Below, piece after piece: positions 60,801-64,000 of a DNA stretch of 64,000 nt (position 1 is its first letter; each line of letters opens with the position of its first letter). The stretch comes from Eledone cirrhosa (taxonomy: Eukaryota). Location: assembly GCA_964016885.1 (NCBI GenBank), contig OZ024740.1, positions 41,540,001 to 41,604,000 of the forward strand. The letters run 5' to 3'. The translations under genes were made by a program, and so were the position numbers. The notes beneath the pieces were generated by a model. It did not search any database, was not told the origin of the DNA, and saw only the letters and a program-made list of their open reading frames with translations.

Positions 60801-63550
60801 CAGATATAACTCCATCTTTCATATATAACTCCCTGTTTCAGATATAACTCCATGTTTCAGATATAACTCCATGTTTCAGACATAACTCCATGTTTCAGAT
60901 ATATCTCCATCTTTCAGATATAACTCCATGTTTCAGATATAACTCCATCTTTCAGATATAACTCCATGTTTTCAGATATAACTCCATGTTTCAGATACAA
61001 CTCCATGTTTCAGATATAACTCCATCTTTCAGATATAACTCAACCTTTCAGATATAACTCCATGTTTCAGATATAACTCCATCTTTCATATATAACTCCA
61101 TGTTTCAGATATAACTCCATGTTTTAGATATAACTCCCTGTTTCAGATATAACTCCATGTATCAGATATAACTCCATGTTTCAGATATAACTCCATCTTT
61201 CAGATATAACTCCATGTTTCAGATATAACTCCATGTTTCAGATATAACTCCATGTTTCAGATATAACTCCATATTTCAGTTATAACTCCATGTTTGAGAT
61301 ATAACTCCATGTATCAGATATAACTGCATATTTCAGATATAACTCCATCTTTCATATATAACTCCATGTTTCAGATATAACTCCATCTTTCAGATATAAC
61401 TCCATGTTTCAGATATAACTCCATATTTCAGATATTACTCCATGTTTCAGATGTAACTCCATGTTTCAGATATAACTCCATCTTTCAGATATAACTCTAT
61501 GATTCATATATAACTCCATCTTTCAGATATAACTCCATGTTTCAGATACAACTCCATGTTTCAGATATAACTCCATCTTTCAGATATAACTCCATCTTTC
61601 AGATATAACTCAACCTTTCAGATATAACTCCATCTTTCAGATATAACTCCATCTTTCAGATATAACTCCATCTTTCAGATATAACTCCCTGTTTCAGATA
61701 TAACTCCATGTTTCAGATATAACTCCCTGTTTCAGATATAACTCCATGTTTCAGATATAACTCCATCTTTCAGATATAACTCCATCTTTCAGATATAACT
61801 CCATCTTTCAGATATAACTCCATCTTTCAGATATGACTCCATGTTTCAGATATAACTCCATCTTTCAGATATAACTCCCTGTTTCAGATATAACTCCATG
61901 TTTCAGATATAACTCCCTGTCTCAGATATAACTCCATGTTTCATATACAACTCCATGTTTCAGATATAACTCCATCTTTCAGATATAACTCTATCTTTCA
62001 GATATAACTCCATGTTTTCAGATATAACTCCATGTTTCAGATATAACTCCATGTTTCAGATATAACTCCATGTTTTCAGATATAACTCCATATTTCAGAT
62101 ATAACTCCATCTTTCATATATAACTCCCTGTTTCAGATATAACTCCATGTTTCAGATATAACTCCATGTTTCAGACATAACTCCATGTTTCAGATATAAC
62201 TCCATGTTTCAGATATAACTCCATCTTTTAGATATAACTCCCTGTTTCAGATATAACTCCATCTTTCAGATATAACTCTATCTTTCAGATATAACTCCAT
62301 GTTTTCAAATATAACTCCATGTTTCAGATATAACTACATGTTTCAGATATAACTCCATGTTTTCAGATATAACTCCATATTTCAGATATAACTCCATCTT
62401 TCATATATAACTACCTGTTTCAGATATAACTCCACGTTTCAGATATAACTCCATGTTTCAGACATAACTCCATGTTTCAGATATATCTCCATCTTTCAGA
62501 TATAACTCCATGTTTCAGATTTAACTCCATCTTTCAGATATAACTCCATGTTTCAGATATAACTCCATGTTTCAGATATAACTCCATCTTTCAGATATAA
62601 CTCCATGTTTCAGATATAACTCCATGTTTCAGATATAACTCCATCTTTCAGAAAACTCCCTGTTTTAGATATAACTCCATATTTCAGATATTACTCCATG
62701 TTTCAGATATAACTCCATCTTTCAGATATAACTCCATCTTTCAGATATAACTCCATGTTTCAGATATAACTCCATCTTTCAGATATAACTCCATGTTTCA
62801 GATACAACTCCATTTTTCAGATATAACTCCATCTTTCAGATATAACTCCATCTTTCAGATATAACTCAACTTTTCAGATATAACTCCATCTTTCAGATAT
62901 AACTCCATCTTTCAGATATAATTCCATCTTTCAGATATAACTCCCTGTTTCAGATATAACTCCATGTTTCAGATATAACTCCCTGTTTCAGATATAACTC
63001 CATGTTTCAGATATAACTCCATCTTTCAGATATAACTCCATCTTTCAGATATAACTCCATGTTTCAGATATTAATCGATCTTTCAGATATAACTCCCTGT
63101 TTCAGATATTACTCCATGTTTCAGATATAACTCCATCTTTCAGATATAACTCCATGTTTCAGATATAACTCCATGTTTCAGATATAACTACATCTTTCAG
63201 ATATAACTCCATGTTTCAGATATAACTCCATGTTTCAGATATAACTCCATGTTTTCAGATATAACTCCATATTTCAGATATAACTCCATCTTTCATATAT
63301 AACTCCCTGTTTCAGATATAACTCCATGTTTCAGATATAACTCCATGTTTCAGACATAACTCCATGTTTCAGATATAACTCCATGTTTCAGATATAACTC
63401 CATCTTTCAGATATAACTCCCTGTTTCAGATATAACTCCATCTTTCAGATATAACTCTATCTTTCAGATTTAACTCCATGTTTTCAAATATAACTCCATG
63501 TTTCAGATATAACTCCATGTTTCAGATATAACTCCATGTTTTCAGATATA
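53470..63550 (+). repeat. Tandem duplication of about 5.0 kb (offset 5009, then 5066 after a 57-bp indel)
   Basis: ATAACTTCAT 53912/58921 (+5009); TAACTGCAT 56255/61321 and GATATTAATCGATC 58001/63067 (+5066). Three extra monomers lie near 59570-59630. Confidence 0.87.
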
Positions 63551-64000
63551 ACTCCATATTTCAGATATAACTCCATCTTTCATATATAACTCCATGTTTC
63601 AGATATAACACCATGTTTCAGATATAACTCCCTGTTTCAGATATAACTCAATGTTTCAGATATAACTCCATGTTTCAGATATAACTCCATCTTTCAGATA
63701 TAACTCCCTGTTTCAGATATAACTCCATCTTTCAGATATAACTCTATCTTTCAGATATAACTCCATGTTTTCAAATATAACTCCATGTTTCAGATATAAC
63801 TCCATGTTTCAGATATAACTCCATGTTTTCAGATATAACTCCATATTTCAGATATAACTCAATCTTTCATATATAACTACCTGTTTCAGATATAACTCCA
63901 CGTTTCAGATATAACTCCATGTTTCAGACATAACTCCATGTTTCAGATATATCTCCATCTTTCAGATATAACTCCATGTTTCAGATATAACTCCATATTC

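Larger units (their letters stand above)
1..64000 (+). repeat. Tandem satellite array, 19-bp monomer GATATAACTCCAT[G/C]TTTCA, about 3,370 copies, extending beyond both window edges
   Basis: Seen directly: the 19-mer recurs head-to-tail in every line in one orientation. The main polymorphism is G/C (less often A) after CCAT. Occasional 20-mers (GTTTTCAG) and 17-mers (CAGATAACTC, CAGAAAACTC) occur. The copy number is 64000/19, not an exact count. Confidence 0.99.

Noticed and set aside
1-64000. Protein-coding repeat ORF on either strand
   Set aside because: With a 19-bp period the frames cycle every 57 bp. The + strand reads DITPCFRYNSMFQI then TAA, and the - strand reads NMELYLKHGVISETWSYI then TGA. 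Only short ORFs exist under the standard code, and 17- and 20-bp monomers show no frame conservation.
1-64000. Giant ORF under an alternative genetic code (TAA=Gln on +, TGA=Trp on -)
   Set aside because: The consensus has one stop type per strand, so reassignment would lengthen ORFs. However, nothing indicates such a host, frameshifting indels are freely tolerated, and minus-strand variants add TAA and TAG stops.
1-64000. CRISPR array
   Set aside because: Repeats are contiguous with no unique spacers, the unit is shorter than typical CRISPR repeats, and there is no leader or cas gene.
1-64000. Telomerase-synthesised long-unit telomeric repeat
   Set aside because: There is C-over-G strand skew, but no G-run longer than two in the consensus of either strand. 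Variants are inherited in kilobase duplicated blocks, which points to recombination rather than templated addition. A subtelomeric location is not excluded.
1-64000. Promoter (TATA-like TATAA) or GATA-factor sites in each monomer
   Set aside because: These are short motifs expected in an AT-rich repeat, and there is no downstream gene or other supporting context.
1-64000. Nucleosome-positioning periodicity (AT-rich patches about every 9.5 bp; 10 monomers = 190 bp)
   Set aside because: Numerical coincidence cannot be excluded. The observed duplication sizes (9, 17, 38, 56, 61, 84, 87, 94 and 97 monomers) show no preference for multiples of 10, and MNase data would be needed.
1-64000. Transposon insertion, inversion or unique-sequence island within the array
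   Set aside because: None was seen on reading through, and the reverse-complement monomer was not observed on the + strand. A very short insertion could have been missed by eye.
1-64000. Rolling-circle or sequencing concatemer artefact of a single small template
   Set aside because: Variants are shared hierarchically among blocks of many different sizes with stepwise derived states, which a single-template concatemer with random errors would not produce. Local mis-assembly of individual duplications remains possible.

Overview
The whole 64,000-bp window is one uninterrupted head-to-tail satellite array of a 19-bp monomer, consensus GATATAACTCCAT[G/C]TTTCA (reverse complement TGAAA[C/G]ATGGAGTTATATC). 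It holds roughly 3,370 copies at about 32% GC, all in one orientation, and runs off both window edges. I see no gene, RNA gene, CRISPR spacer, transposon insertion or inversion. Under the standard code every reading frame on both strands meets a stop about every 57 bp. The information lies in the order of variant monomers. Rare variants read by eye show nested tandem duplications with offsets of 172, 323, 722, 1066, 1158, 1595, 1656, 1786, 1846, 3140, 3574-4011, 5009-5066 and 8600 bp. These are built on an older degenerate higher-order unit of about 1.1-1.3 kb. The two window ends share rare variants that I did not see in the homogeneous centre, suggesting layered expansion. Three recurrent variants perfect or extend a quasi-palindrome in the monomer. 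The architecture fits eukaryotic satellite or heterochromatic DNA, but I cannot assign an organism or a named family. I found no support for a novel protein-coding system. All offsets were counted manually and block boundaries are approximate.
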